Source: a virus. From it: a DNA stretch of 64,000 nucleotides. How positions within the stretch are numbered: the first letter of the stretch is position 1; each line of letters begins with the position of its first letter. Below are positions 44,259-53,510 of this stretch, piece after piece. A model generated the notes under the pieces. The model saw nothing but the letters and a program-made list of their open reading frames with translations. It ran no database searches and had not been told where the DNA came from. The position numbers and the translations under genes were made by a program. The stretch lies in IMG/VR virus record IMGVR_UViG_3300025073_000006, one strand, 5' to 3'.

Positions 44259-46516
44259 GCCTCCGGGGTCGGTGCGGGTTGCGCGGCGCCCTGGGTGAGC
44301 ACCTGCTGGATGCTGGCGATGAGGGCGCGCACGGCGTCGGGTTGCTGCTCGGGGGGCAGGGTGCGGATGCGTGCGACCTCGGCCTTGACCGTCGGGTCCT
44401 CGCCGAATTGCGCCTCGATCTCACCCAGGGCGGCCTCGGCCATGACCCCTGGGTCCTCGGCCGGCGCCTGGGTGGGCTGCTCGACCGGACCTGGCGCGGC
44501 GGGCGGCGGGGCGTCGGTCGGTGCGGGTTCGGCCGCTCGGTCGATGGGCGAGGGCTTCGTGGTCTTCGCGGCCTTGGCGGCGTCGAGTGCCGCCCACAGG
44601 CGGTCCGGGCTCAGGTTCGGGGGCAAGGTGAAGTTGTCGTAGATCGCCTGCATGGCCTCGCGGGCGATGATGGCCTCCGGTGAGCCCGGATCCTTGGTCG
44701 CCATCACCCACAGCTCCATGTACTTCGGCAGCACCTCGGACAGGTTGGCCCGGATCTCGAGCCGTGCGCCCGGTGTCCGGCCAACATCCGAGAAGCTGAA
44801 CTTGAACCAGGAGTCGAGATCCTTGACGGTGACCTCGACCTTGTTGCCTGTGGTGTCGAACAAGGTGATGCTCTGGCTCGCAGCCTTGCCCCGGGGCGGC
44901 TTGGACCCCTTCGGCATCCGCGCCATCATCTCGTCGGTCGGCGCGGCCCGCATCATCGGGTCCTCGTCCTCGTCCTTGTCGCGCTCCCGGGTGTAGTCCG
45001 GCTGGATGTCGACCGAGTCCTCGTCGCCGTCGTCTTCACCCTCGGCCCACTCGCCGTCGGGGGTGGGCCGCATCGCCGCCACGAGGGTCTGGACGTAGGC
45101 CTCCGCGAGCTGCTCGAGCGTCCGCTCCCAGGCCGAGGCGTAGCGACCGAACTCGGAGTCGGTGAAGTCGCGCTGGTACTGGATTTCCTCGGCGGTGACG
45201 TTCTGCCTCACGCCAAACGCCGAGGGCGACAGCGCCACCTCGGCGACGAAGTCACGCTCGGCGATGTCGGCGAACCGCTCGATGTCCACCGACGCCTTCG
45301 CGGGCTGGACCTGAGCGATGTACCGGCGGGCGTCCGAGCCGATCTCCTTCCAGGTCTTCTGGTCGGGGAACAGCACCTCCATGTCCTTGGCGCTGACCAC
45401 CTTCTTCTTCTCGTCGCTGCTCATGCCCGGCGCGCCCACCCAGATCACCTTGTCGCGGGATGCCTTGTCAGCCATCTGCGAGCGGTAGGCGTTGAGCTCG
45501 CGCTGCTGGGGCATCCACTGCGCGGCGGGGGCGAGGCCTTGGAGCGGGTACTCGGCGCGCGTCTCGAAGAAGTGGACGAAGATGTGCGGGGCCGGCTCGC
45601 CGTCGGCGTCGAGGCCGGGCATCGGGCCGACGTAGAGGGGTTCGTCCTTGCCTGCCAACTCGGCAGGCTGGTCGAGCAGGTAGACCTCGTAGGAGCCGCG
45701 GTAGACCTCGCCGTCGTCGTCCACGTAGTCCTCGGCGAAGTTGCAGAGCTCCATCACCCGCACCCACTTCGCCTCGGTCCCGACGAGCGAGGTTGACGTG
45801 GAGTCCTGAGCGCCGGGGCTCTGCGCCGTGCCGCGTGATGACCCGCGCGAGTCGAGGAAGTCGTTGCGGTACTGGCCTGCCAGCTTGTCCTTGGGCAGGT
45901 TGTACTCGGCCGCCACCTGCTCCAGGGGTCGCCATCCGACGTGGCCCCGAAACCGCTGGTGGCGCACGTCGTAGACCTCGCGGTCGATGACGGCCTCCCA
46001 GATCGGGCACACGTAGAGCTCGACCCGGTCGGGCGGCGGCTTGGCGCAGTCCTCGTGGTTGACGGCGAACCGGAAGCACACGCCCGGGTAGAGCAGGGCC
46101 TGGCGCACCGCCGAGTCCCACCGCTGGCGCTGCTCGGCGGCGAACATCCAGTCGTTGACGACCAGGCCGGCCTTGTCGGGGTCGCCCGTCGTGGTTGCTG
46201 ACGGGGAGACGTCGACGCGCATGGAGCGCGGGAACAGGTTGGCGTAGTAGGCCGACGCCGCGGGCTTGATCTTGTTCGTCTCGTACCGGTTGGAAATCGA
46301 CTTGATCTCCTCGCTCACCTCGCCCTTCGCCTCGCCGATCACCCACTGCCACCACCTCGTCTCGTAGACGGCGGCCACTCCTGCGAGCTCGGCCTGCCGC
46401 TCTTTCCAGAAGGCGTCGTGCTCAGCCAGGGCAGCCATGGCGCGCTGACGGCGCTGGCGAGGGGTCGTCGGCTCCGGCTTGGGGTCGTCGTTGATCGTGA
46501 TGTCGTCGGTGCTCAC
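44255..46516 (-). CDS. Portal protein (753 aa)
   Basis: Immediately downstream of the large terminase with a GTGA overlap. Size typical of portals. Acidic C-terminal region. Confidence 0.8.
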   Translation of the reverse strand: MSTDDITINDDPKPEPTTPRQRRQRAMAALAEHDAFWKERQAELAGVAAVYETRWWQWVIGEAKGEVSEEIKSISNRYETNKIKPAASAYYANLFPRSMRVDVSPSATTTGDPDKAGLVVNDWMFAAEQRQRWDSAVRQALLYPGVCFRFAVNHEDCAKPPPDRVELYVCPIWEAVIDREVYDVRHQRFRGHVGWRPLEQVAAEYNLPKDKLAGQYRNDFLDSRGSSRGTAQSPGAQDSTSTSLVGTEAKWVRVMELCNFAEDYVDDDGEVYRGSYEVYLLDQPAELAGKDEPLYVGPMPGLDADGEPAPHIFVHFFETRAEYPLQGLAPAAQWMPQQRELNAYRSQMADKASRDKVIWVGAPGMSSDEKKKVVSAKDMEVLFPDQKTWKEIGSDARRYIAQVQPAKASVDIERFADIAERDFVAEVALSPSAFGVRQNVTAEEIQYQRDFTDSEFGRYASAWERTLEQLAEAYVQTLVAAMRPTPDGEWAEGEDDGDEDSVDIQPDYTRERDKDEDEDPMMRAAPTDEMMARMPKGSKPPRGKAASQSITLFDTTGNKVEVTVKDLDSWFKFSFSDVGRTPGARLEIRANLSEVLPKYMELWVMATKDPGSPEAIIAREAMQAIYDNFTLPPNLSPDRLWAALDAAKAAKTTKPSPIDRAAEPAPTDAPPPAAPGPVEQPTQAPAEDPGVMAEAALGEIEAQFGEDPTVKAEVARIRTLPPEQQPDAVRALIASIQQVLTQGAAQPAPTPEA

Positions 46517-48132
46517 GGGGTCGCCATCCGGGCCAGGGCGTGCGGATCGATACGTCCTGTCCGCTGTTGTAGCGCCGATCTGCCCCTGGTGGGGCGATAC
46601 TGGCGGGTTTCAACCGTCGGGAGGTCCCGCCTGGCCCGCGCGGCGAGGCCGAGGGCGAGGACGTGGTCGTCTGTGTGGCCGTCCTGGCCCTGGAGGCGGC
46701 CGTTGTGCTCGCGGAAGTGCGTCATCTCGCGCAGGGTTTCGAGGTCGGGGATCAGGAGCGCGCCCACGTTGACCTCCTGACGGAGCTGCGACAGCATGGC
46801 CTCGCGGCTGCCTCCCGTCGTCACCCAGTCCTTCGGGTGCCCGCTCGACGTGTCCCGCCAGAGGTTGACGCCCTCGTCGTAGAGCAAGCGGATCACCTGC
46901 TTTCCGATGGCGTTGCTCTCAACGAGGGTGAGCGCGCCGCCGTACATGCGGGCGAGGGTGCTCACCTTGCGCGAGAAGTCGACCTCGCCGCCGAAGCGTG
47001 AGGTGAGCACGGCGCACATGCGGCCCAGGTCGTCGAGCACGATGGCGACCGCGAAGTCGCCGCCGTTGCACCACGACGGGTCGACGCCGATGCAGTAGGA
47101 GCGGGTCACGTCCGGGCGGCGGTAGAAGCGGATCTCGCCTGCCGGGTTGTCGGCGGCCTCTTGAAGCGTGATCAGGTGGTTGAGCCACGCGATGTCGAAC
47201 CAGCCGCCCTCCCAAGCGAGGAAGCCCTCGTCGAGATTGGACGGGTAGTCCTTGCGGAATTCCTCAAGGCCAACACCCCTGGGTCCGCTGATCTTCTGGC
47301 GCCTCCAGTAGAGGCGGGCCAAGGTTTCCGCGTCCGCGATCTGGAGGCCGATGTCCTCGGCGTAGGCGACCTCCTCCTGGTCCGGCTCCCACCCGTCCGG
47401 CGGCGTGGTCTGATACTCGGGATGCCGGTACCACGGCCAGAAGTTGACGCGCACCGACTTGTCGCCCAGGGCCACGGCGCGGCGGGCGCCGCGGACCTTC
47501 TCGGCGTACAGCGTGCCCGGCCCGGTCGGCGTCGAGATGATGTGCGTGGGGCAGTTGTCGGGCACGGTCGCCTGGATGGAGGCCCAGTTCGTGCGGGCGT
47601 TCACCCACTTGCCCATCTCCTCGCACACGACGGCGTGGTAGTTCCACGACTTCGCCTCAGTCGAGCCGCCGACGGTGACGTGCTGGATGAGGGCGTCGTT
47701 GCGCTCGAAGATGACCGAGTTCTTCGACAGGTTCAGGCGGACCGGGCCGTGGCGCTTGAGCCCGGACGCCATGTGGTCGACGAACACCCGGTAGCGCCGC
47801 ATCGAGGAGTCGGTCGTGCTCTGGTGGTTCGTCGCGATCAGGACCTTGTAGGGGAACGGCGCGGCGTGAGCCGAGGCCTGCTGGTTGGCGGCTTCCTGTG
47901 TCGAGCGGCCCACCTGCCGGGCCTTGACGTCGATCGTCTGGGTGACCGCCGGGTCCTCGTAGGCCGGCTGCGCCTCGACCTGCATCGGGTGCGGGTGGAC
48001 GAACGGGCCTGGCGGGTCGCGGGGGTCGCGCTTCTCGATGTGGAGGTTGGCGATGTAGGCCCGTCGCCCCGTGCTCGTCGTCCAGACCCAGTTCAGGTAG
48101 GCGCCCCAGTCGGGGACGTGGGCGCCCGTCAT
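46513..48132 (-). CDS. terL: Terminase large subunit
   Basis: Walker A-like KARQVGRST, Walker B-like AVVCEEMG, coupling motif STPTG, nuclease-domain acidic motifs IGVDPS and HTDDHVLAL. Confidence 0.9.
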   Translation of the reverse strand: MTGAHVPDWGAYLNWVWTTSTGRRAYIANLHIEKRDPRDPPGPFVHPHPMQVEAQPAYEDPAVTQTIDVKARQVGRSTQEAANQQASAHAAPFPYKVLIATNHQSTTDSSMRRYRVFVDHMASGLKRHGPVRLNLSKNSVIFERNDALIQHVTVGGSTEAKSWNYHAVVCEEMGKWVNARTNWASIQATVPDNCPTHIISTPTGPGTLYAEKVRGARRAVALGDKSVRVNFWPWYRHPEYQTTPPDGWEPDQEEVAYAEDIGLQIADAETLARLYWRRQKISGPRGVGLEEFRKDYPSNLDEGFLAWEGGWFDIAWLNHLITLQEAADNPAGEIRFYRRPDVTRSYCIGVDPSWCNGGDFAVAIVLDDLGRMCAVLTSRFGGEVDFSRKVSTLARMYGGALTLVESNAIGKQVIRLLYDEGVNLWRDTSSGHPKDWVTTGGSREAMLSQLRQEVNVGALLIPDLETLREMTHFREHNGRLQGQDGHTDDHVLALGLAARARRDLPTVETRQYRPTRGRSALQQRTGRIDPHALARMATP

Positions 48133-48690
48133 CTACGCCTCCGCAGTGGGCGTCATCCAGGCGCTGGCCTGCGCGACCTTGAGGTGCCGGGCGATCTCGG
48201 CCGCGTCGGCCGCGGGGTCGCCCTGGAGTCCGTGCATCCGCGAGTAGAGGTTGAGCCCGGCCGGGTCGCCCGACTCGACGAGGCGGCTGACCTCGCGCCA
48301 GAACGCGCCGTCGAGGCGGATCAGGTCGAGTTTTGTCAACCCCTGCGCCGTCGGAAACGCGGACAACCACCAGGCCGTGAAGCCGGGGACCCCCTCCCAC
48401 TCGTCCCACTCCTTACGCGTCAGGGGCGGCCCGACCCAGGGGCACGCCACCATCACCTTCTCCTCGGTCACCCGGCCGTCGCTGGCCTTCACCCACTCGC
48501 CCGTCCAGAACGTGACCTCGCCACCCACCACGCCGATGGTGGCCTCGAGGGTGCAGGACACCTGCCGGGACATCGAGTCCCACCACAGCGCCCGGGCGAT
48601 GTCACGGGCCCGCTGTTGACGGGCGCCGGGCGTGAACTCCCGCGGCTTCACGCGCGGCTCGATCCTCTTCCGTGGCTTCTTTGCCGTCAT
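48133..48690 (-). CDS. Hypothetical protein (possible terminase small subunit by position)
   Basis: Track ORF ending at the terL start. Basic N-terminus MTAKKPRKRIEPRVKPR. Confidence 0.5.
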   Translation of the reverse strand: MTAKKPRKRIEPRVKPREFTPGARQQRARDIARALWWDSMSRQVSCTLEATIGVVGGEVTFWTGEWVKASDGRVTEEKVMVACPWVGPPLTRKEWDEWEGVPGFTAWWLSAFPTAQGLTKLDLIRLDGAFWREVSRLVESGDPAGLNLYSRMHGLQGDPAADAAEIARHLKVAQASAWMTPTAEA

Positions 48691-48872
48691 CGGACCTTCC
48701 TCCCGTGCTCGTTCAGGTGGCCCTCGACCGCCGCCTCGCGTGCGTCCGACGTGATCTGCGCGTCGTCCATGCGCTCTGCTGCCGGGCGCTGTTGGTTCTC
48801 GCTTTCCAGGATGAGCCTGTACCTCGCCGCCCGGAGCGCCTCGTCAGGTGTCATCGTGCGCGTCGTCGCCAT
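48687..48872 (-). CDS. Hypothetical small protein
   Basis: Track ORF with overlapping start/stop arrangement. Confidence 0.45.
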   Translation of the reverse strand: MATTRTMTPDEALRAARYRLILESENQQRPAAERMDDAQITSDAREAAVEGHLNEHGRKVR

Positions 48873-49086
48873 CGTCGCCTCCGTCGGCCACCAGGGCCTG
48901 CATCCAGTCTACCCGCTGCCCCCCGAAGTCGCTCCGTGCCACCGCGGGCGCCGAGATGGGCCGCGTGTTCACCGGCTCGTCGAGGAGCACCATGACGGGG
49001 TGTGGCTTCCGGTTGGGGCACGCGCCCGTGTAGCACTCGCACTGGCCCATCGCGTCCAGCATGTCGCCACAGCAGCCGCACCTCAT
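48844..49086 (-). CDS. Small Cys-rich protein (80 aa)
   Basis: ATG 49086 inside track ORF 48844..49323. MRCGCCGDMLDAMGQCECYTGAC, acidic C-terminus. Confidence 0.45.
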   Translation of the reverse strand: MRCGCCGDMLDAMGQCECYTGACPNRKPHPVMVLLDEPVNTRPISAPAVARSDFGGQRVDWMQALVADGGDDGDDAHDDT

Positions 49087-49397
49087 GACGCACCGCCATC
49101 GGGGGCCACATCTCCCGGCCCGGTGTCGCCGTCGACCATCGAGATCCACGTCGAGTCTGACTCGGGGTCCACCACGATCACGACGCGGGGGTAGTCGTAC
49201 TCGACCATCGCGATCCGCAGGTACTGTCGTGCGCGCTCGGCCCGGATGACCTGACCGCGGGCGATGTTGCGGATGTAGGCGCCGGTCACCCCGAACGCCT
49301 CGCCGATCTCGCGCGAGCTCCATGTCCGCATACAGCCCTGCGTGCGGAGGAACCTCACCAGCGTCGGGCCCAGGTCGTCAGGCGTGCTGGCTGGCAT
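49083..49397 (-). CDS. HTH DNA-binding protein (104 aa)
   Basis: ATG 49397 inside track ORF 49083..49940. WSSREIGEAFGVTGAYIRNIARGQ resembles an HTH. Confidence 0.55.
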   Translation of the reverse strand: MPASTPDDLGPTLVRFLRTQGCMRTWSSREIGEAFGVTGAYIRNIARGQVIRAERARQYLRIAMVEYDYPRVVIVVDPESDSTWISMVDGDTGPGDVAPDGGAS

Positions 49398-50049
49398 GGG
49401 CGCCCTCCTCGATGGGTTCGGCGTGGGCGTCGAGGATGCGGAGTACACGCGTCTCGTTGAGGCCTGGCACGACGATGCGCGGCACGATCCCCGCGTACTC
49501 CATCGCCATCCTGACGCGGAGTCCCCCAGGAAGGCCTGTGGCCTGCTCCCGGGCGAGGGCGTCCCAGTCGCCGGCCCTCGCTGCGTGGACCAGGGCCGTG
49601 ATGGGCTTGCCGTGGCCGTGGAAGCTGCCCACCATGACGTGAGCACACCTGGCGCAGATGGCACCGGCGCCTTCGTAGACGTGGCACCTCGTGGGCCTGG
49701 GGTAGTACAGCACCCGCTTGTTTCCGCCGCACCCGGCACAGCGGGCGTACCATTGCCGGTTGAAGGTCCTGAACTCGTGCTGCGCCCATTCGCGGTCGTC
49801 GAATTGCAACTCGAGGACGCCCCCACCCATCCGCCTGACACGCCCAGGCCAGCGAACACACCCGATAATCGCCCGCCAGGACATGACGTGACCGGTGAAG
49901 AACTCCACCCTGCCGCCCGCGATCCACCGCTTGGGCACATGCGTCCCGACGACTGACGGCGGTAGCGCCGTCGCCAGCAGGGAGCCGACGACGAACGAGG
50001 GGTGGAATTCAGCGCGCCGCGTCCCGAGCCCGGTGAGGTTCAGGCCCAT
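49378..50049 (-). CDS. Hypothetical protein with CxxC..C..CxxC cluster
   Basis: Track ORF. CAGCGG...RCHVY....CARCAH. Confidence 0.5.
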   Translation of the reverse strand: MGLNLTGLGTRRAEFHPSFVVGSLLATALPPSVVGTHVPKRWIAGGRVEFFTGHVMSWRAIIGCVRWPGRVRRMGGGVLELQFDDREWAQHEFRTFNRQWYARCAGCGGNKRVLYYPRPTRCHVYEGAGAICARCAHVMVGSFHGHGKPITALVHAARAGDWDALAREQATGLPGGLRVRMAMEYAGIVPRIVVPGLNETRVLRILDAHAEPIEEGAHASQHA

Positions 50050-50053
50050 CAGC

Positions 50054-50923
50054 TCACGACTTGCCCCGCTGGGGCTTCCGGATCGGGACCTTGGATGGGG
50101 AGCCGTCGAGCTGGCGGCGGAACTCGGCCAGGGGATCGGGCGCCACTGGGTTGTCCTCGCCGCCGTTGGCGGCGGCGGCGGCGGCCGGGGCGGGCGCCGT
50201 GGGCGTGGTGGCGGCGAGCAGGGCGGCCTCCAGGCGGGCGAGGCGGTCGCGCAGCTCGGCGTTGTCCGACTCGTAGGCGACCGTCGCCTTGCCGTTGCTG
50301 CCCGCGTTGGCGGCGATGTCCTGCATGGCCTGGGCGAGGGCGGGGTCCATGTTGCGCATCCCGGTCACCACGGTCCCGTCGACCTCGGAGTACGTGAGCG
50401 GCGCCGCACCCGTCACCTCGCCGAACACCATCGGGAGGTAGAAGTGCCTTTCGCGGCGGCTGACGGTGCGCTCCTCCTGCTTGCCCTCCTGGCCGACGAA
50501 CTTGCCGCGCTTGTCGGTGTAGTGCTTGAAGATCGTGTTCCAGTCGGCGTAGATCAGCACCCACTTGCCGCTGCGCCGGTGGGTCAGGTCGCGCAGCTTG
50601 GTCTTGATCGCGGTCTGGATCATGGCGAACCAGGCCCCGTCCGTGACCTGGTTGATGTAGCCGGCGGCGTGGGGGGCCCAGAGCGATCCCAGCATCTGGT
50701 GGCGGTTCTTGCGGATGCGGGCCACGAGCTCTGGCGTGACCTCCTGCTCCTCCATCAGGGCCTGGATGGCGTGCCGGCTCACCCGCTCGAAGTCGTCGAG
50801 GCTGTCGAGCATCGGCTTGTGAGCAGGGGGAGCGGCGGGCCCCTCACCCGTGGCGTTCTTGACTCGCATCTCCTCGATGAGGTCTGCGAAGTTGTCCTGA
50901 GAGTTCACCTGGATCTGGGGCAT
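50054..50923 (-). CDS. Hypothetical protein (289 aa)
   Basis: Track ORF with AGGAGG upstream and protein-like composition. First gene after an intergenic gap. Confidence 0.65.
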   Translation of the reverse strand: MPQIQVNSQDNFADLIEEMRVKNATGEGPAAPPAHKPMLDSLDDFERVSRHAIQALMEEQEVTPELVARIRKNRHQMLGSLWAPHAAGYINQVTDGAWFAMIQTAIKTKLRDLTHRRSGKWVLIYADWNTIFKHYTDKRGKFVGQEGKQEERTVSRRERHFYLPMVFGEVTGAAPLTYSEVDGTVVTGMRNMDPALAQAMQDIAANAGSNGKATVAYESDNAELRDRLARLEAALLAATTPTAPAPAAAAAANGGEDNPVAPDPLAEFRRQLDGSPSKVPIRKPQRGKS

Positions 50924-50953
50924 CGGGCCTCCTGTGGGGTTCCTCGCGACTCT

Positions 50954-50982
50954 GTTGTACCACTTTGGATCAGTGATCGCAA
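50954..50982 (-). promoter_or_regulatory. Putative promoter TTGCGA-N17-TACAAC (minus strand)
   Basis: In the 79-bp gap upstream of 50923. The -10 lies about 30 nt from the ATG. Confidence 0.3.
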
Positions 50983-51002
50983 TCGGCGCATATCACTCGG
51001 CG

Positions 51003-51728
51003 TCATCCGCGGGCCGTCTCGTCAGCCGTGGACGTCGCCTCGCGCTCGGCGAGCCACGCTTCGATGGCGGCGGCGCGGTAGACCACGCGGGCACCGCTTG
51101 ATTTTCCGAGCCGGATGTACTTCGGGCCAATCCCCCTCAATCGCCACATCCGGAGAGTCTGGGGCTGAATGCCGAGGTAGCGGGCGACCTCGGGGCCGCT
51201 CAGGAGTTGGGGCAGGCGGTCATCGCGGAGGTGCTGTGGGGTCGATTCCGGCGGCATCGTAGACTCCTTGGAAGGGGTGGGCCCGGGGAAGACCTCGGGC
51301 GGGCCGGGTTGACTGTGGAAGATCGGGGGTGGCTGTGGCGCGACGATGAGCCGATTGTGGCCCAGCACCTCGTCTTCATCCGGGCGCCGGCCCTCCATCA
51401 ACTGGTCGATACGGCGACCCTCCATCTCCCGCACCCGGTCAATGTCGGGGTACCAGCGGAGGTGGGGGTACAGCGCCTCCAGTTCCTGCACCGTCCGCCC
51501 GAACGCGTGGTAGCCCCAGCGGTTAGGCAGTACACCGCCAGGGCTCCACAGGGACAGACCCCAGACGACGCAGCCAACGCCGGCCTTCCGGGTGACCCTG
51601 AAGTAGCCGTCCTGCCCCACTGTGTCCGGCAGTCCGGGGATCATCCAGTAGCCGGCGTACACCTTGTCGGTTGTCACCCAGGCGGGCATGGGTTCGGGCA
51701 CCGTGTCGCGCTTGATCTCGGTCATCAT
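51003..51728 (-). CDS. Protein with C-terminal excisionase/AlpA-type HTH (possibly also expressed alone from internal ATG 51257)
   Basis: Open frame from ATG 51728 (ATGATGA overlap with the upstream gene). C-terminal LLSGPEVARYLGIQPQTLRMWRLRGIGPKYIRLG....VYRAAAIEAWL is excisionase/MerR-like. AAGGAG lies 6 nt before internal ATG 51257. Confidence 0.6.
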   Translation of the reverse strand: MMTEIKRDTVPEPMPAWVTTDKVYAGYWMIPGLPDTVGQDGYFRVTRKAGVGCVVWGLSLWSPGGVLPNRWGYHAFGRTVQELEALYPHLRWYPDIDRVREMEGRRIDQLMEGRRPDEDEVLGHNRLIVAPQPPPIFHSQPGPPEVFPGPTPSKESTMPPESTPQHLRDDRLPQLLSGPEVARYLGIQPQTLRMWRLRGIGPKYIRLGKSSGARVVYRAAAIEAWLAEREATSTADETARG

Positions 51729-52243
51729 CGCCGCCTCCGCGCCGCCCGGTTGTTCGCCCCGGGCAACTCCAGCGGCCCACGCGCGCGGACCACCTCCGCG
51801 GCGGGCGGGGGCTTGCCGTCGGCGTCGAGCATGAGCTGGACGAGGGCCAGCAGGTCGTGAAGCACGTTGAACTCGTCCGCCGCTCGCAGCACCGACTCGA
51901 GGACGGCGTAGGTTGTGGCGACGGTGGCTCGCACGATCAGCGGCTCGACGAAGAAGCCGAGGCGGTGGTCGTCGAGCTCGGCGGTGCGCGTGACGAGCAG
52001 GTCGAAGTCGGACACCGGGATCGGGTGCTCGATCTTCACGCTGGGGGCCAGCGCCAGGACGCCGACCGACAGCACGCCGGCCGGCGGTCCTGCTGGCTCG
52101 GCCGGTGGGAGCAGCTCGTAGCGGATGCTGGCGCCGGACTGCTGGGCGAGGGGGTGAGCCGCTGCCGCCGCGTTGAGGCGGGTGAGCCAGCGCATACGAT
52201 CGATCGGCGTGATGAAGGGGGCGGTGTTGGTGGGCTCGGTCAT
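51725..52243 (-). CDS. Hypothetical protein
   Basis: Track ORF with ATGA-type coupling at both ends. Confidence 0.55.
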   Translation of the reverse strand: MTEPTNTAPFITPIDRMRWLTRLNAAAAAHPLAQQSGASIRYELLPPAEPAGPPAGVLSVGVLALAPSVKIEHPIPVSDFDLLVTRTAELDDHRLGFFVEPLIVRATVATTYAVLESVLRAADEFNVLHDLLALVQLMLDADGKPPPAAEVVRARGPLELPGANNRAARRRR

Positions 52244-52536
52244 GGCTCTGATCCGTCGGCGGTGGATGGAATCCGCGTCGTGATGGGTGGTGTGCCGTGC
52301 TCGAAGATGGTGACGTAGACGGACCGAGAGGGGACCTCGTCGAAGGGCAGCACCCCGTTATCGGGCGTGACACGAACCATGGGCGTACAGTCGGGCAGCG
52401 GGCACTTCGCCAGCGACTCGATCAGCGCGTAGCCCGTGCCCCGTCGAGGATGCACGTAGAGGCCGTGCCATTTCCAGCCGGGTTGGGCGCGCAGCCGGGC
52501 GATGGCGGCCTCCTCTCGCTCGGCGTAGTCCGTCAT
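52240..52536 (-). CDS. Hypothetical protein
   Basis: ATG 52536 overlaps the upstream stop (ATGA) and is in frame with track ORF 52240..52554. Confidence 0.55.
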   Translation of the reverse strand: MTDYAEREEAAIARLRAQPGWKWHGLYVHPRRGTGYALIESLAKCPLPDCTPMVRVTPDNGVLPFDEVPSRSVYVTIFEHGTPPITTRIPSTADGSEP

Positions 52537-53090
52537 GGCCGCCCCGCCCACCACTGCTCCCTGGCCTTGATCGCCACGTCGAACTGCTCCAAGCAGCCCA
52601 CCAGGTAGGCGGCCAGGATGAAGTCAGGCGTGTTCGACCCGTTCTCGGCACTGTGCCGGTTGATGGCCGACGCGATGTCCTCGCGCAGGGTCGGCGGCCT
52701 CTTCCCGGCTGCCTCCCCGCGCGTCATCTCCCACGCCTCCAGCCAGTTCAGCATCTCCTCGGGCCGGTTGCAGCCCGTGATCCGCTCGACGGACTCCAGG
52801 ATCTGGGTGACGGTGTCGGACAGCGGGGCGGGGTCGGACGGGATGTCCGTCTTCACGGTAAGCCGCCCAGCCAACGCCTTGAAGCAGCGGGCCAGAAGCC
52901 TCGCGCCGTCCTCATCCAGGAGGCTCTCTGTCCACCCGACGCGGATCGTGCCGGTGTCGCCGCGGGGCATCTCGATGTCGACGAAGACGGACTGCTTGGC
53001 CTCCGGGATGTCCCACTGCGCGTGGTCGGTCATGGTGACCCGGATGATGTAGGCCTCGGCCGGGATGCTGCTGATGTCGACGTGGATCAT
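52533..53090 (-). CDS. Hypothetical protein
   Basis: ATG 53090 overlaps the upstream stop (ATGA) and is in frame with track ORF 52533..53129. Confidence 0.6.
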   Translation of the reverse strand: MIHVDISSIPAEAYIIRVTMTDHAQWDIPEAKQSVFVDIEMPRGDTGTIRVGWTESLLDEDGARLLARCFKALAGRLTVKTDIPSDPAPLSDTVTQILESVERITGCNRPEEMLNWLEAWEMTRGEAAGKRPPTLREDIASAINRHSAENGSNTPDFILAAYLVGCLEQFDVAIKAREQWWAGRP

Positions 53091-53509
53091 GAAGGCTCCC
53101 GGCAGGCGATGGCCGACGACGCCCACCACCGGGCCATCCGGAGCTGATCGCGTGCGATCCCGTTGAGCCGCTCCAGGTCAGCCGCTTCCGGCATGGCCGG
53201 TGACGCGAGCAGCGAGATCGCCTCGTTGAGCGCGTTGCGGGCGAGCCGGATGCAGCGGATCGCCGCCGTCTGGTCAGCGACCGGGGGCGTGTACTCGACG
53301 ATAACCTCGGCGAACGCGCGGCAGTGGCTGTTCACTCGGTCGTAGGGGTTGGCGCTGTCGATGGAGTCGTGACCCGCGATGCAGCGGGCCAGCCAGCCGC
53401 ACAGGTCGGCGGCGTTGCACTCAGCCAGGCGGATCGCGGCGTAGTGCGGGGCCTGCTCCTGGGTGGGCGGGTGGTAGGTGAACCAGAGGTCCAGGGTCGG
53501 GTTGTTCAC
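53087..53509 (-). CDS. Hypothetical protein
   Basis: GTG 53509 is in frame with track ORF 53087..53644. The start WFTYHPPT..Q...Y..IR is common in small phage proteins (family unverified). Confidence 0.55.
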   Translation of the reverse strand: MNNPTLDLWFTYHPPTQEQAPHYAAIRLAECNAADLCGWLARCIAGHDSIDSANPYDRVNSHCRAFAEVIVEYTPPVADQTAAIRCIRLARNALNEAISLLASPAMPEAADLERLNGIARDQLRMARWWASSAIACREPS

Positions 53510-53510
53510 G

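Noticed and set aside
51003-52373. The full 456-aa track ORF, taken as one gene.
   Set aside because: The first ~215 codons are Arg/Pro/Gly shadow sequence overlapping the better ORF 51725..52243. Start moved to ATG 51728.
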